From Paramecium tetraurelia (taxonomy: Eukaryota), in assembly GCA_000165425.1 (NCBI GenBank), contig CT868656.1, positions 310,001 through 362,286 on the forward strand: 52,286 nucleotides of DNA, written 5' to 3'. Under the pieces are notes generated by a model. The model was not told the DNA's origin. It saw only the letters and a program-made list of their open reading frames with translations, and did not search any database. The translations under genes and the position numbers were made by a program. Shown in pieces: positions 1 to 12,570 of this stretch. Numbering within the stretch: position 1 is the stretch's first letter; every line of letters begins with the position of its first letter.

Positions 1-61
1 ATAATAATATTATTCCTCAATTTAATTTAATTTGAAACATTAATATCTATAGCTAACATTT

Positions 62-790
62 ATGTCGAAAATTTAAAAACAAAATACTGTACAACTTAAT
101 TTATAGAATGTTTAACAGTTTATTCCTACCCATTAAAATTAAGTTGGACCTTAGATCGGGAGCAATTCGCCTAAACCTCCATTATACTCAAAATTAAACA
201 AATCACCAAAAGGAGATAGTTCATTTAGAGTAATTTCACCGAAAATAATAATTAACCAAACTAATTCATAAAGATCAATAAGCAAGAGCAGTAGTCCGAT
301 AGAAAAGCAAATGTCTGAACCAGATAATCTTCATTACTTAGAAAATCAAAATGACGCAGTAATTGAGGATAATTAAATAAATGCTCCAGATGTCTAATAA
401 ATACATTAGATAAAGTAAAAACTAATGAATATGGGCGATGAAATATCAAGATTTCATCTAGTTGACATTAATTTAAAGGTTCTCAAAAAATGGCATAATG
501 AATTATTATAAGAAACTAAAGCGATGATAAAGTTAAATAAAAATGTCATCAATTTATCACAAACCAAAATAATATCCCCAAGGCCAAATTAAGTGAAAAA
601 GGTTTCAAGCAATGAATTATTAGAGAAATTATAAACTGAATAAAAAAAACGATTAGATGCAGAAGAATAAAGTGGTAGAATACTCTAAGATTAAGAGAAG
701 TACATTTAAGTTCTGGTAAACTTTTGTAAATTATGTTAGAATGAAAAACTGTTTCAACTTGAATAATAGTATTCAAAAAAGAAAGCCTGA
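62..790 (+). CDS. Hypothetical protein with C-terminal coiled coil
   Basis: Code-6 frame MSKIQKQNTVQLNLQ... is open to TGA 788-790. Probable 24-nt intron at 716-739 (GTAAAC..GTTAG). Confidence 0.7.
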
Positions 791-855
791 GGTATGTGAA
801 ACACTAAATTTTGTCTATATAATGATAAATTTTATTTTATAAAATAAGTCTCAAA

Positions 856-1413
856 ATGAATAAACTAGAATAGAAAGCTGTTCATTCTTTGCTTCAACTA
901 GCAAAAGAAGAAGAAACAAGAAGTGAAAGAAATTGGGAACCTCAATCCCCAAAGCAAAATGATTTTATCTCCCCTTAACCGAAGAGTATTAATTAGCATA
1001 GAAAAAATATAAGAATAATTCAAAATCATAAAGCAAGACAAAAGTCTTCTATAGAGATCAATCAAGATGATGATTAATAGCTTTCACAACCTTCGCAAAA
1101 AGAAAATTCACTGTAATAATTAATTGAAGAGTATATGAAATAAATTCGACATACCCAAAGATAACTTGAATCGATACACCAATCAAAATTCGATTTGAAA
1201 TCTGGCTGGGTTAATTTTAGTTCAATAATTCTCGAAAACAAGGCAAAGGTTACCAAAAAAAAACACTAAAGGTCTTCATTAGAATTATAAATAAAAGAAA
1301 ATAATCAACAAAAAGTATAACAACAATACATACAAAAAAAGACTCCGCTTCGAAAAGTATTACTTAATGATTCTTTCTTTTTGCCAAAATTGAAGTCAAC
1401 ATATCTAAAATGA
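856..1413 (+). CDS. Hypothetical protein (185 aa, intronless)
   Basis: ATG 856 (MNKLEQKAVHSLLQLAKEEE...) is open in code 6 to ...FFLPKLKSTYLK TGA 1411-1413. Confidence 0.7.
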
Positions 1414-1436
1414 TTCATTTTATATTTCAAGTTTAC

Positions 1437-1740
1437 TCAAATCCCTTTCTTTTCTTCTTCCCATTATTTATTATCTAAAGGACATGTATTTTTTGTTTTA
1501 AGCCATTATCTTATGCAATGTTCATGATAAGCATGTCCACATTTTCCTTATTGAGTATTGCAAATCTCCTTTTACTCCTTTCCTTCACATTCAATACATT
1601 TTTCCATTATATGATTTTTACAAATAGCACAATGTTCAACCTTCAAGCTCCAAGCTAATACTCAAAATGTTTTATATACACCAAAAAGCAACAGGGTACC
1701 ACTTTTTAATCTCAAATCTTCCCTTCTCCTCTTATTACAT
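1437..1740 (-). CDS. RBX1: RING-box protein (RBX1/ROC1-like RING-H2 subunit of cullin ligases)
   Basis: Translates as [36 protein letters not shown]...[30 protein letters not shown], matching the RBX1 pattern. 25-nt intron at 1655-1679. Confidence 0.9.
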
Positions 1741-1836
1741 TATTTATTAATAAAATATTTAAAATATAGTCTCTAAAATAACACTTCCTCCTGATAAACA
1801 TATTCTTTAATAAGTTATTGTTTTTAATTTATACAC

Positions 1837-3203
1837 TCATTTCTTCATAATGATTTTAATATATGCTCTATCGTATCAAATGCCTAATTAAGTTCTGCTT
1901 CATTTATTATTAAGGGTGGAGTTAATCTAATAGATGATAGAACATAAGTACCTCATGATAGTCTTATGAGTAGGTTTACAAAGAAGTCCTTCTTTTGCCA
2001 ATTTCAAACAGAAATCCCATGCAACATCTCCTTTTCCATCTTAAAATTGGATGGCTCCCATTAATCCCCTGCTCCTAATTTGTGTGACATTGTTGTATTT
2101 CTTTAATGCAACTAATCTTTTCTCCATAACTTTGCCTAAATTATGAGCATTTTCAATCATTTTTTCTTCTTATAACACTTCCAAGGCTTTGATGCATAGA
2201 CTGGCTGCCAAAGGATTGCCACCATAAGTGGATCCATGTTCTCCAGGTTTGATTTGTAACATAATTTAATCATCAGCCAAAACAGCAGATATAGGATAGA
2301 ATCCTCCTGATAATGCCTTTCCCAACAACACCATATCAGGTCTCACATTTTCCTATTGAAATATTACTAACATTTTATACATGCTCAACAGCTAACATTT
2401 TTCCTGTTCTGCCTAACCCTGTTTAGATTTCATCAACAATCATCAAAACATTGTATTTATCACACAATGATCTTACTTATTTCAAATAATTTGAATCAGG
2501 AATTATTACTCCATTTTCACCTTGTATAGCTTCAAAGAAGAAGGCAGCATAGTTTGGATTAGCTTTAAACTTGGATTCAATTGCATCAAGACTATATAAA
2601 ATATTTTATTACTTATTGTAATCAACAAGGTCAAAGTTTAATCCTCCAAAAGGTCCAAATTTATTATATCTTTCAGGATCATCACTACTTCCGCATGCAG
2701 CGATTGTTCTACCCCAAAAATTGCCATTTGCAAATAGAACTCTTGCTTGATTTTCAGGAACCTTCTTTACGTTGTATGCCCATCTTCTTGCAAATTTAAC
2801 TGCTGATTCTCCTGCCTCTACTCCTGAATTCATAAACAACACTTTATCATATTTGAATAATTAGGTAATATACTTTTCAGCCTCTCCTAATTTATTGTTA
2901 TAAAATCTATTTGTTATATTATTCTTACGCTCTAGAAGTTAAAGTCAATTAAGAAGCTTATTTAATTAATTCTTAATAGATCTTGTCATGACAGTGTCCT
3001 TGATTGACTGCTGAATATGCTGCTAAAAAATCCATATATTTCTTTCCTTCTTGATCCCAAACATAAATTCCCTTTCCTCTTGAAATCACTACAGGCAATG
3101 GATGGTAATTATGACATCCGTATTGATTTTCTAATTGTACGAAGTATTAACTATTTTTAACCTGTGAGAACTTTCCAATCGATTTGAAGATAAGATTTTT
3201 CAT
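1837..3203 (-). CDS. OAT: Ornithine aminotransferase (class III PLP aminotransferase), probably mitochondrial
   Basis: Motifs [69 protein letters not shown] (PLP Lys) and HGSTYGGNP. Several tiny introns. Confidence 0.95.
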
Positions 3204-3262
3204 TGAATAAATTAATACGTAATATTTTGATAATTAAAATTTCACAAATTAATATTTAATAG

Positions 3263-5287
3263 TCATAATATATGATCTTAATTGTAATTGACGAATTTTT
3301 TCTTATCTTCAATATACAGGGCTAGAATTTCCAATCCTTAAATGGGCAAAATGGAATTTGTAATCTCATTTGGTGGAAGCAAATATAGAATGCTATTTCC
3401 AATATATGCAACACCAATCTTATTCTTTTCAGAAAAATAATCTATATATTCTTAAAAGGCAGCATTCTAATGAAATTGCTAATAATTTAATACCTAATTG
3501 TAATCTGATGGACACAGTATGAATTTGAAAGCTTCGTTTGCTGATTTTTTTGCATCAGTAAAGTTTCCCTTATAATTCACTTAGATTTGAGGAGCCATGG
3601 CAATAGGTGCCTAGGAATATTGTTAAATATAAATTACTTCAGGTTCTTAGCATTTGGCATCCACTCCAACCTTATGACTCTTGCTTCTAAACATAAATCC
3701 ACTCCAAAATGTATCCCAATCCTATCTTTATTGTTATTATTATTATTATTGTTATTGTTATTGCTATTATTATTGTTATTATTATTGCTATAATTATTGT
3801 TATTGTTGTTGTTACTGATTAGTATCAAAATTTAAGAATCCATCAAGAATTTCTTGATTGCCATTTGGATTCAGTTTGATTTTATATTCTTGTTCCTAAG
3901 GATACATTTATTATTAAGGAATATTAAATTAAGTTAGATCTACATATTGATGCTACATTCTTCGATCCTGTTTAGGCATAATCAATGGTTCTATGGGCTA
4001 TTTGTACATCACTTGTTATGGAATGAAGAGTGGTTGATAACTAGGTTAAAATGGTTGAGTAATTGGGGACATCATCATCATATTGTTAGGAATTGGTTGC
4101 TGGGGAATCATTTGGATTGGTTGATATTATTGCATTTATTACTATGGCTACATGGGCATCTTTGGGAGGGATACAATTCCAACTTCACATTTTGAATCAC
4201 CAAGTAGATCTACCAAATGTTATTATAAGTAGTTTCTTATTTAGAGGGCTTGTTTTGTGTCTCTGAATTGTAGAAGAGTGTAGGACTTATAGTTTGGATC
4301 TTGTTGAATGTAATTCCATAGGAGAGGTCTGCATTATTGATTCTGACATATCTTTTATTTAATGATTTAAAAAATTACTTCAAACAAAAATGCATGATCA
4401 ACTTTTTTATTTAAATTAGGAGGAAAAAATATAAATAATACTGATGAAAGTTTAGAATGTTACTCATTTGATAAACTAAAAATCCTAATAAAATTTACTT
4501 ATTGCCAACAATATTGTGTCTTTTTATAGGGTCAGAAAAATAAATTTTTATTTAAGTAGAAAATTATTATTAAATACTATCCATTTTTTAATAAGCAGAA
4601 ATAGCTTAATCTATCTAAATTCAAATAAAAAAAGTTTATACAGTAAAAAATTTTATATAACTGTTAAATATATTATGCTTATTAGGATACAGATCAATCC
4701 TCTCTATAGAGCCAAATTACGAAAAAATCTATAATTTTCACATTCTATTACCTATCGAATCTTTAATTCATCATAATTCTTGGATATTCCACTAACAAAC
4801 AATTCTCTAACGTAAAGTTGAATTTATATCTTCGGAGACGGCTCCAAAGGAGTAATAGGTCCATTTGTTAATACTTATTTATTTTTCTCTTAAGATCTGG
4901 ATCGAGAACGAGATTTGCATTTAGTAATAGCTTATTTATCAATTTAAGGTTTCACAGTCCAATCTCCAATTCTGCCATCTTGAATTGCCTTATCAGCTGC
5001 ATCATTATCAGCAAAGGCAATAAAAGCATAGCATGAAATATGTAAAGGTAATCCTTTTGTGAATTAACTCCAATACCTGTAGGTGTTTTTCTGATGATCC
5101 TAATGTCGATAATATTTCCGTAAACTTAAAAGGTTTGTTGTAATTATTAAGTTGTGACATTTAAAGGTAAGTTGGAGACATGGATTTTTTATCTAGCAGA
5201 AATAGGTTGAGCAGGGTTTGGAACAGGTAAAGGATATTACGTAGGTGAATTTTGAAATTGAGGAGAAACTAAAGAATTATTGAGCAT
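3263..5287 (-). CDS. Spen/FPA-like RNA-binding protein: 2-3 RRMs, short RS motif, P/Q-rich and polyQ linker, C-terminal SPOC domain (~615 aa)
   Basis: RRM1 KIHVSNLPLNVT...CYAFIAFADND, then SRSRSRS, then RRM2 ELFVSGISKNY. The C-terminus reads FWSGFMFRSK...FQEYIDYFSEKNKIGVAYIGNSILYLLPP. Seven introns (5054-5076, 4729-4751, 4615-4641, 4476-4498, 4352-4378, 3611-3637, 3467-3493) give a continuous frame. Confidence 0.8.
3727..3815 (-). repeat. Polyglutamine tract encoded by mixed TAA/CAA/TAG codons
   Basis: The (TTA/TTG)n run on the plus strand is in frame within the RRM-SPOC gene. Confidence 0.9.
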
Positions 5288-5463
5288 AGAAAATTTAAAA
5301 ATATTAATATCATTTTTGGTATTTTAAGCTTCCTTTTAAATTCAGGAATAATGAACTCAAATTAAAAATTATAAAAGAAAGTCAATGAAAGTAGTCGGTT
5401 CATTTGTTTTTAATGAGAATAATATCCCTTTATTTAATGTATACATATATAAAAATAAATTAA

Positions 5464-8400
5464 ATGAATAACAACGACGAAATTATATAGAAGTTGGATG
5501 TGATTGTAGCTAATTACATAAATCAACGGGATCATAATGGTTAACTGCTCACTGAAAAATATTCAGAGACTTATATATATTCTTTAGTTCAGAAACATTT
5601 ATTTGACTATGAAGCAATTTTTACAGCTTCTCAAAAATCTGTCATTGATGTCTTTGATTTTATAACTTCCTTATTAAAAGTAAGTTTGCTGCTATCCAAA
5701 AATAGTTTACTTCAGAACCCATAGAAGATACCTTATTCATTATAGTGTAAGCCATAGATTTCTTCAAAGCCATCTGTGAAGAATATCAAACTTACACAAT
5801 CAAATTCTCTGACCTCTCAAATTATCTTTGCAAATACAACCCAAACTTGGATGATGTAAATATCCAATCTGATTTTAATAGAAGGACGTTCCATTACAAA
5901 ACAGAACTATAACTTATCATAAATATCCTCCTCTGAAATAATTCAATAAACCCTAAAGTCGATAAGTGAGAAGCATTGATTTAGAGGCACCCATCATTCT
6001 TGGAACTCTAGGTCATTACATAAAAAGAATCAATAAAGATAAGGTATACATAGATTCTTAGAAAAACTAAAACAGTTCTATATTAAGAATGTAATATTAG
6101 GAATCGGAACTAAAGATCCTTATTCTCCATCAATATAGTGACTTTATTAGTATCTATAATCCAGATTGCACATTTAAAAGTAGATTGAGACCCAAGGCTC
6201 AGCAATTGAGAAATATTATCCATGATTTCTGTTGGTCTGAAGAACAATAAAGAATAGGCATAGTGTTTAAAGATGCATGGATTTGTTTCATGGACTAGGG
6301 TGACTAATTTGAATTGGAAAAGTACTTTACAACAAAAGTAGATCAAAATAGAATCTATTATGTCCAAAGCAAATGGATGACTGTAGGTAGTGATTCAAAG
6401 ATATCAATTTGGAATTTGGAAACTGAGAATAGTAATGTTATATTTCATGATCAAATCAAGAATGTTGTAAATATAGTTGAAATAACATATTTATAATTAG
6501 TGTGCATAGCTTGCTAAGATAAATTGACCATGTGGGATCTATGGGAATAAAACAAGCCTAAATTGCTCTTTAAATTATAAGTTAATCACAGTCGATTGAA
6601 CAACATTGTTTTCTTTTAGGAATACCACATAATCATAACGTCTGGCTTTGATACTAAAGTGAATCTCTATTAACTGCATAAGAAATATAATGATGGAGAT
6701 TATGTTGGTTAATTGGAAGGTCACAACGCTATAGTTACAGCAATCTAATGTGTAGAGAAATCTCCAATTGTAATAACTACAGATGATCGACTAATTGTGA
6801 AATTATGGGATATTAGAATGATGAAATGCATACAATCTTTTGATTTAGAAATGAGATAATCTATCAATTACATCACAGTAATGTAGAATCTATCAAGCGT
6901 ATGCTTTGCTACTAATCGACTAATTGTAATGGCTTTTGAAGGTCACAATAAAAATCTTACTTAAGCTAAGCCCTAAAAGTAGAGAACTTTACATTTATAT
7001 CCTAAATAGGTGGAATTAAATGCTATCAAACAATAATTGATGGTTTCAACTAACAGAGATATCCGAATAATCAATTTATCTAATGGATAAACTGATACCA
7101 TAATAAAGGCTATGATTGGCGAAACTGATGATATGATCAGTCAATTTAAACGTATTATATGTCAATATTCAAAGCAATTCAATAGCATAAAAAGATTGTG
7201 CTTGGAACAACTAAGGGGCTTATTAAAATATTTGATACATACTCTGGTGATATAATTAAAGAATACTAGAATAACAGTAATAAAATCACCCATCTATCTA
7301 TTGATTATCAAAATAGAATAATTTCTACATCATCACTAGATGGTTAGATACATATTTATAAGGAGAATAATTTAAATTTAGAATCCTTAAGGAAAGCTGA
7401 ATATGCCCATAATGGTATTGATTATTGCTTTATTTCTTTGTACCACGATTTGATTATTACAGCTGGTGTTGACATAGTATGTTTATGGAATTTGGAATTT
7501 ACAAAGCCAATATCTACAATTAGGACTGAATCAGCTCCAAAAGGAGTTTATATTCTGGATGGTTAGCGCATCATAATTATTGGGTGTAAAATTAACACAT
7601 ACTTCCTCCAATTTGAAAAAAAAGAAGATTAATACTTTTATCAACAAATAGGCTTCATTCCATAAAGTTGTTGTGCATTCATTGATAAAAATGGCACTGT
7701 ACTTTTAGGATCTAGAAGAGGCTTGATTTGTAAACTACAGTTTAACACAACTAAAAGCTAAAAAGTATAATTTCATCCATTTAGATAAAATTGGGAAGAC
7801 TATAATGTAGGGATTAATAATCATAAAGTCACTAGATTTGTTGTTAACACTACATAGGAATTGAATGTAGATTAATAATTTGAGGCTCATAAAAAAAGAA
7901 TTCAACATATAGATTTTATTTCATTGGAGGGTGATAATGTATTAAAGGAAGTTTAATCTAAAGTAATAACAACATCTAAAGATGGCTTTTTGAAGATTTT
8001 TGATTATCCATCATTTGAATTAATGTGTGCTTTAAATGTTAACCATGTTTTACCACTAAAATGGTCGATTACAATTGATGAACAAGAAAACCTGAAATTT
8101 AAAGTGGCTTTTGCATTAAAAGTAATTCATTTTATTAGATCATAACCTAATCTGACAATTAGTCATTTAAGAATGCTAGAACCTAACTCAATATTTAAAA
8201 ATTTATTGGGTCACAAGAAATTCTTTAAATAAAGCACAAATGATAACAAAGTCCAATTGTTATAAGACTTTTATGAACCTAGAGATTTAGTATTTCAAAA
8301 AGTTAAGGGGTTCTATAAAAGTGAATTATAAGGACTTTCCTTAAAATAAATCGAGGAGAAGAAGAAAACTTTACTTCAAGCGAAAATGTTTGAGAAAGAT

Positions 8401-9099
8401 TATAATGAATAGAATTTCTAATCAGAATAGAAACAAAACGAAGATATGGGAAATAAAGAATTTAAAAATTGGTAGTAATTCCTTAATCCAAATTTCAGAA
8501 AAAATGGGGTCTAAGGAGAAATAGAATAGATTGAAAGATTACACATGGTTCACCAATTTGAAAAACGATTAGATCAGGTCTTAACAAAAGAAGAGGATAC
8601 TAACATCAAGCCGAATGTTCCAGGGAGAAGGTACTCAAAAACAAAGCAAGATATATAAAATAAAAGCGCAAATAAATCTTCAAGGTTTAGATCCACTCTT
8701 CCATTCTTTCAATATGCAAGTGAAAGAAAATTGGCATCAATTCCTGCCTCAACTGACACTTCTCAAAGATCGACTCATGTAGGATATGATACTATAAGAG
8801 AAGAATATTCTAAAAAAAAAATCTAAAGAGTTTAGTTTTTGACATAAAATATTGGTTAGCTGATTTCAGATTTGGATTAGAATTAAAAAAAGTAAGGATT
8901 GGAAATAGGAGAGAACACTATGAGAAAGACTAGTGGATAAGTGTTCAATTAGATTGTAAATAATTTGAATGACAAACTGAGGGATTCAAAGTTTAAGAAA
9001 TATTCTAGAAGTATGGGTAAACAAGATCTAGAAGGAATTTTGAGTGATCCTCATCTAAAATCTTTCCATTCTAAGCAATCTTTAAGGAAATTGCCATGA
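5464..9099 (+). CDS. Large WD40-repeat protein (multi-propeller)
   Basis: ATG 5464. WD-type repeats include TVGSDSKISIWNL, TSGFDTKVNLY, LEGHNAIVTAI..ITTDDRLIVKLWDIR and FEAHKKRI..TTSKDGFLKIFD. Ends at TGA 9097-9099. Not all intron boundaries were checked. Confidence 0.85.
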
Positions 9100-9240
9100 T
9101 TTCAGAATTAAATTAATTGTAATTTATCTCTTATTTATATGATAAATCTTTCCCCATTATCATTCAAAACATCAATTTATTTCATCTTATTTTTTTAAAA
9201 AGCAATAAAAACTATTTTTTATATATTTTATTAGATTCAA

Positions 9241-10905
9241 ATGGGTGTCACTTGTTCGTGTCAACAGAAAATTGAAGATGACTATTATCTAGAGGATCCC
9301 CCTGTAAACGAGGCCACTTAATAGCAAAGTGCTGATCTTCTGCAAAATGCGGATAAGAACGATGGAAAAGAATAAGATCAATAAAAAGAACAATAAACTG
9401 TAGACATAGATCCAATTCAACTTAAATCATATGAGATTGAGGACAATTGTCCCTAAGGTCTCTAACCACTTACATTTTAGGCCTAACAAGAATTTATTGA
9501 CCAATATCCTGCTATTGTGAAAAAACAACTTTAGAAATTACCAAGACTTGAAATTAAGGCTACTCTTACTCCTAATTATAAAAGAATACCTTTAATAGAT
9601 ACTCCGTAATAACTCTATCTAAATAACTAGATATTAATTATTAAATGGAGATGTTTATGTAGGATAATGGGCTGAAGGAAAACCCTTTGGTTTAGGCAAA
9701 ATATATTATCTTGATCACCAAGTCTACGAAGGTCAAGTGATAGATGGAATTCCTAATGGGGAAGGCAGAAAAATATTCAAAGATGGCTCGTTTTACACTG
9801 GTATTAAACAAACTATAATTCAAAAGGGTAATTTAAAATGGGAGAAATAAGTGGAAAGGGTAAGTTTACAAGATAAGATGGTTTCAAGTATGAAGGTGAT
9901 TTCTTATGTGGAAGACCGGATGGAAAAGGAATTGAAACATGGCCAGATGGCACTAATTATTAAGGTCAATATAAATTAGGCAAGAAAAATGGATAAGGAT
10001 CCTTTACCTGGAGTAACAGGAAGAATAAGAAAACTGGCAAATTAGAAACCTATACTGGTTTATTTAAAAATGAAGTGTTTCATGGACAAGGTCGATATGA
10101 ATGGTAGGATGGAAGAATCTATGATGGAGAGTGGGTAGAAGGAAGAATGGAAGGAAAGGGAGAGTTCATATGGCCAGGTATATATATATAATTGATTAAA
10201 TTCTTATTAGACAAAAGAAAATATACAGGAAGTTATTTGAAGGACATAAAATCAGGTTTTGGCGAATTAGAATGGCCAGACGGAAAAAAATTGTCAGGTC
10301 AATGGAGAATGGGTAAACTAAATGGGGTTGTTACACTTACAATCAAGGGCAAAATTAAGGAAGGCGACACTGAACCAGAACCAGACAAAACCTTTTTATC
10401 TGAATGGGAAGATGGAAAAAGAATAAAATGGTTAGATAATCAAAAACCTAGTGGAATACATAGTAACATTAGCCAATTAAGAAATTTTGATGAACATCAA
10501 CCTCTATAAAACACAAGTTAAATTTTAAAATCGCAAAATAGATAAGATGAGCAATCAAACAATAAGGATTCCTTTTTAAATAACTCTAAAACATAACCAT
10601 AAAACACAATTTTTTAATAAAATGCAGAAATTAAATTAGAGTAACAACAATAACAATAATAATAATAATAACAATAACAATTTTAGTAATAAAATTAACA
10701 ATAATAATAATAAAATTATATTAATGAAAATCAAAATAATGAATATATGAAATAACATCAATAGGAAAATGTCGGCTCAAACATAGATGATAACTAATTT
10801 TAATAATTTAATGATAACAAGCAATAAAATGAAAATGAAAGCGCATTAGTAAAGAATTTTGATGATCAATAACAGGAAGTTTAAAAAGAGAAAACGGATT
10901 TATGA
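9241..10905 (+). CDS. MORN-repeat protein with N-terminal acylation motif and Q/N-rich tail
   Basis: Starts MGVTCSCQQK. Repeats include YEGQVIDGIPNGEG, YEGDFLCGRPDGKGIETWPDG and YDGEWVEGRMEGKGEFIWP. Introns include 10178-10210. TGA 10903-10905. Confidence 0.9.
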
Positions 10906-11053
10906 TAGCAATCTATATTTGATAGTAAATTTGCGAATTTTTGTAGTATTTAATATTTGATCTTCTTCAAACTTAAACAACAGGAACATAAACAATTAAT
11001 AAATTTAATATATTTTAAATAAAGAAATATCATTTTAAATTGCAATTTTATAA

Positions 11054-12140
11054 TCAAGATATGCTTTATGTTTTGACTTTATTAGTTGGTCTCCTTGGGG
11101 TCTTTTTGGAATCGCTGTTTGCTTAGGTTCTCATTCTTATATTTCTTTTAAATGGCATTAATAAGTTTGGTTTTTCATCATACTATTTTGAATAAAATTA
11201 TTAAACAAAAGATTTCATTGCATCATCATCAACTGAGTTTAATTATTAGGTTTATGCATTAGTAGGAGTAAATAAATATTATGTTGAATTGAATTCTTCA
11301 GCTAAATCCATCTTTTGATGATTCAACTTCAAAAGTGACAGCACTTCTGGTTTTTGTTTAATTTTTTCTAAATCTTGTCCTAAAGGAGCTTATTATTACA
11401 AAGCCATGATGAAATTTGCTTCCTTTTCTATATTACTTATTGTTCCCATCCTTCTGAAAGTTCTAGCAGTATTTACTTTATGAGTATTTTCTGTTTTAAA
11501 TTTAATGTCTTCTTTGACAATAGGATCGAAATTAATGTGCATCAAATCTTATTTGGATCCTTATCTACTTAAATAATCTACAAGAGCATAGAACTTCATA
11601 TCACCAAATTCAAAGTATTTCTTAGGTTTTGATTAACTCTCCCGTAGTTCTTATGAAATTTATTTTACTCTTTGTAAATAACTTTTACTAAAAACATCCA
11701 ATTTTGGAGGTTTTAAGGAATCTGCATACTTTTTGACGGCTAGCATTTTTTATAGTAACATTGCGTTTTTCTTTTTCTCATATTCATTGTATTATTTAAG
11801 GATAGCCATTTCGGCAGGTGTAAATTTTTCATTCAAATCTGTATAAAAATAAATATGTTACCTGCTGATTCTTTATAACCAACACCCAAATCATATTTCA
11901 TCAGGAAACCATGCTGCCAACCTTTTTCTCCCAATAATTTGTCTGGCTATATTTTTAATATTTTATGTCCAGGTGGTCCAATAAAGGATTATGTTTAATC
12001 GATCTAATTTAATGTGACCCTACTTTGCAGAACTGTTTTCGACAATATTTTCGAGCAGAATTCTTATCACAGCCTTCCTCACGTAATTTAAGGTACATCA
12101 TGGCGTTGCTATTGTAGGATGTATGAATTCGAGTGCACAT
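11054..12140 (-). CDS. Hypothetical protein
   Basis: ATG 12140 (MCTRIHTSYNSNAMMYLKLREEG...). A 20-nt intron (GTAGGG..ATTAG) and an intron near 11839-11861 restore the frame to TGA 11054-11056. Confidence 0.7.
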
Positions 12141-12570
12141 AAAAAATATATTAATGATTAATGAAATCATCGTAATGAAGAAAGAATAATAATTACGATT
12201 AACTTTTTACAAAATTAGATTACAGTATTAAACTGATAAGAGAATTTGCAATATTTTTAGCTGTTTTCAACATAATTTATTTTTATCTGTATTTTAAATA
12301 TGATAATCTGTTAAGAAAAAGTATATATATTTTTATGTTACACAAAATTAAAGATGCAGACCAGATCTAATTATTTGTTATTCATATCAAATTAATTAAT
12401 AATTTCATAAAGAAACTAGTATTTTTGTTATTTTTAAAACCTTCTATCAACAAACCTGAATTATTAATTAAGTGATAAACTTGAGACAGTATAATTTCAT
12501 GCTATTACTTTATACATTATGCTAATACAAAGATTTAAAGATAATATTTATATTTATAATTAAAAATTAT

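Noticed and set aside
3587..3828. Poly-Leu (+) and poly-Asn (-) ORFs in the supplied track
   Set aside because: They are antisense and off-frame readings of the polyQ tract in the RRM-SPOC gene.
4205..4349. Apparent separate minus-strand gene starting at ATG 4349
   Set aside because: That frame hits TGA quickly. The region is an internal exon of the RRM-SPOC gene in another frame.
10630..10715. Short CAA/TAA periodic repeats as a CRISPR-like or non-coding array
   Set aside because: They are in-frame polyQ coding sequence of the MORN gene, with no repeat-spacer structure.
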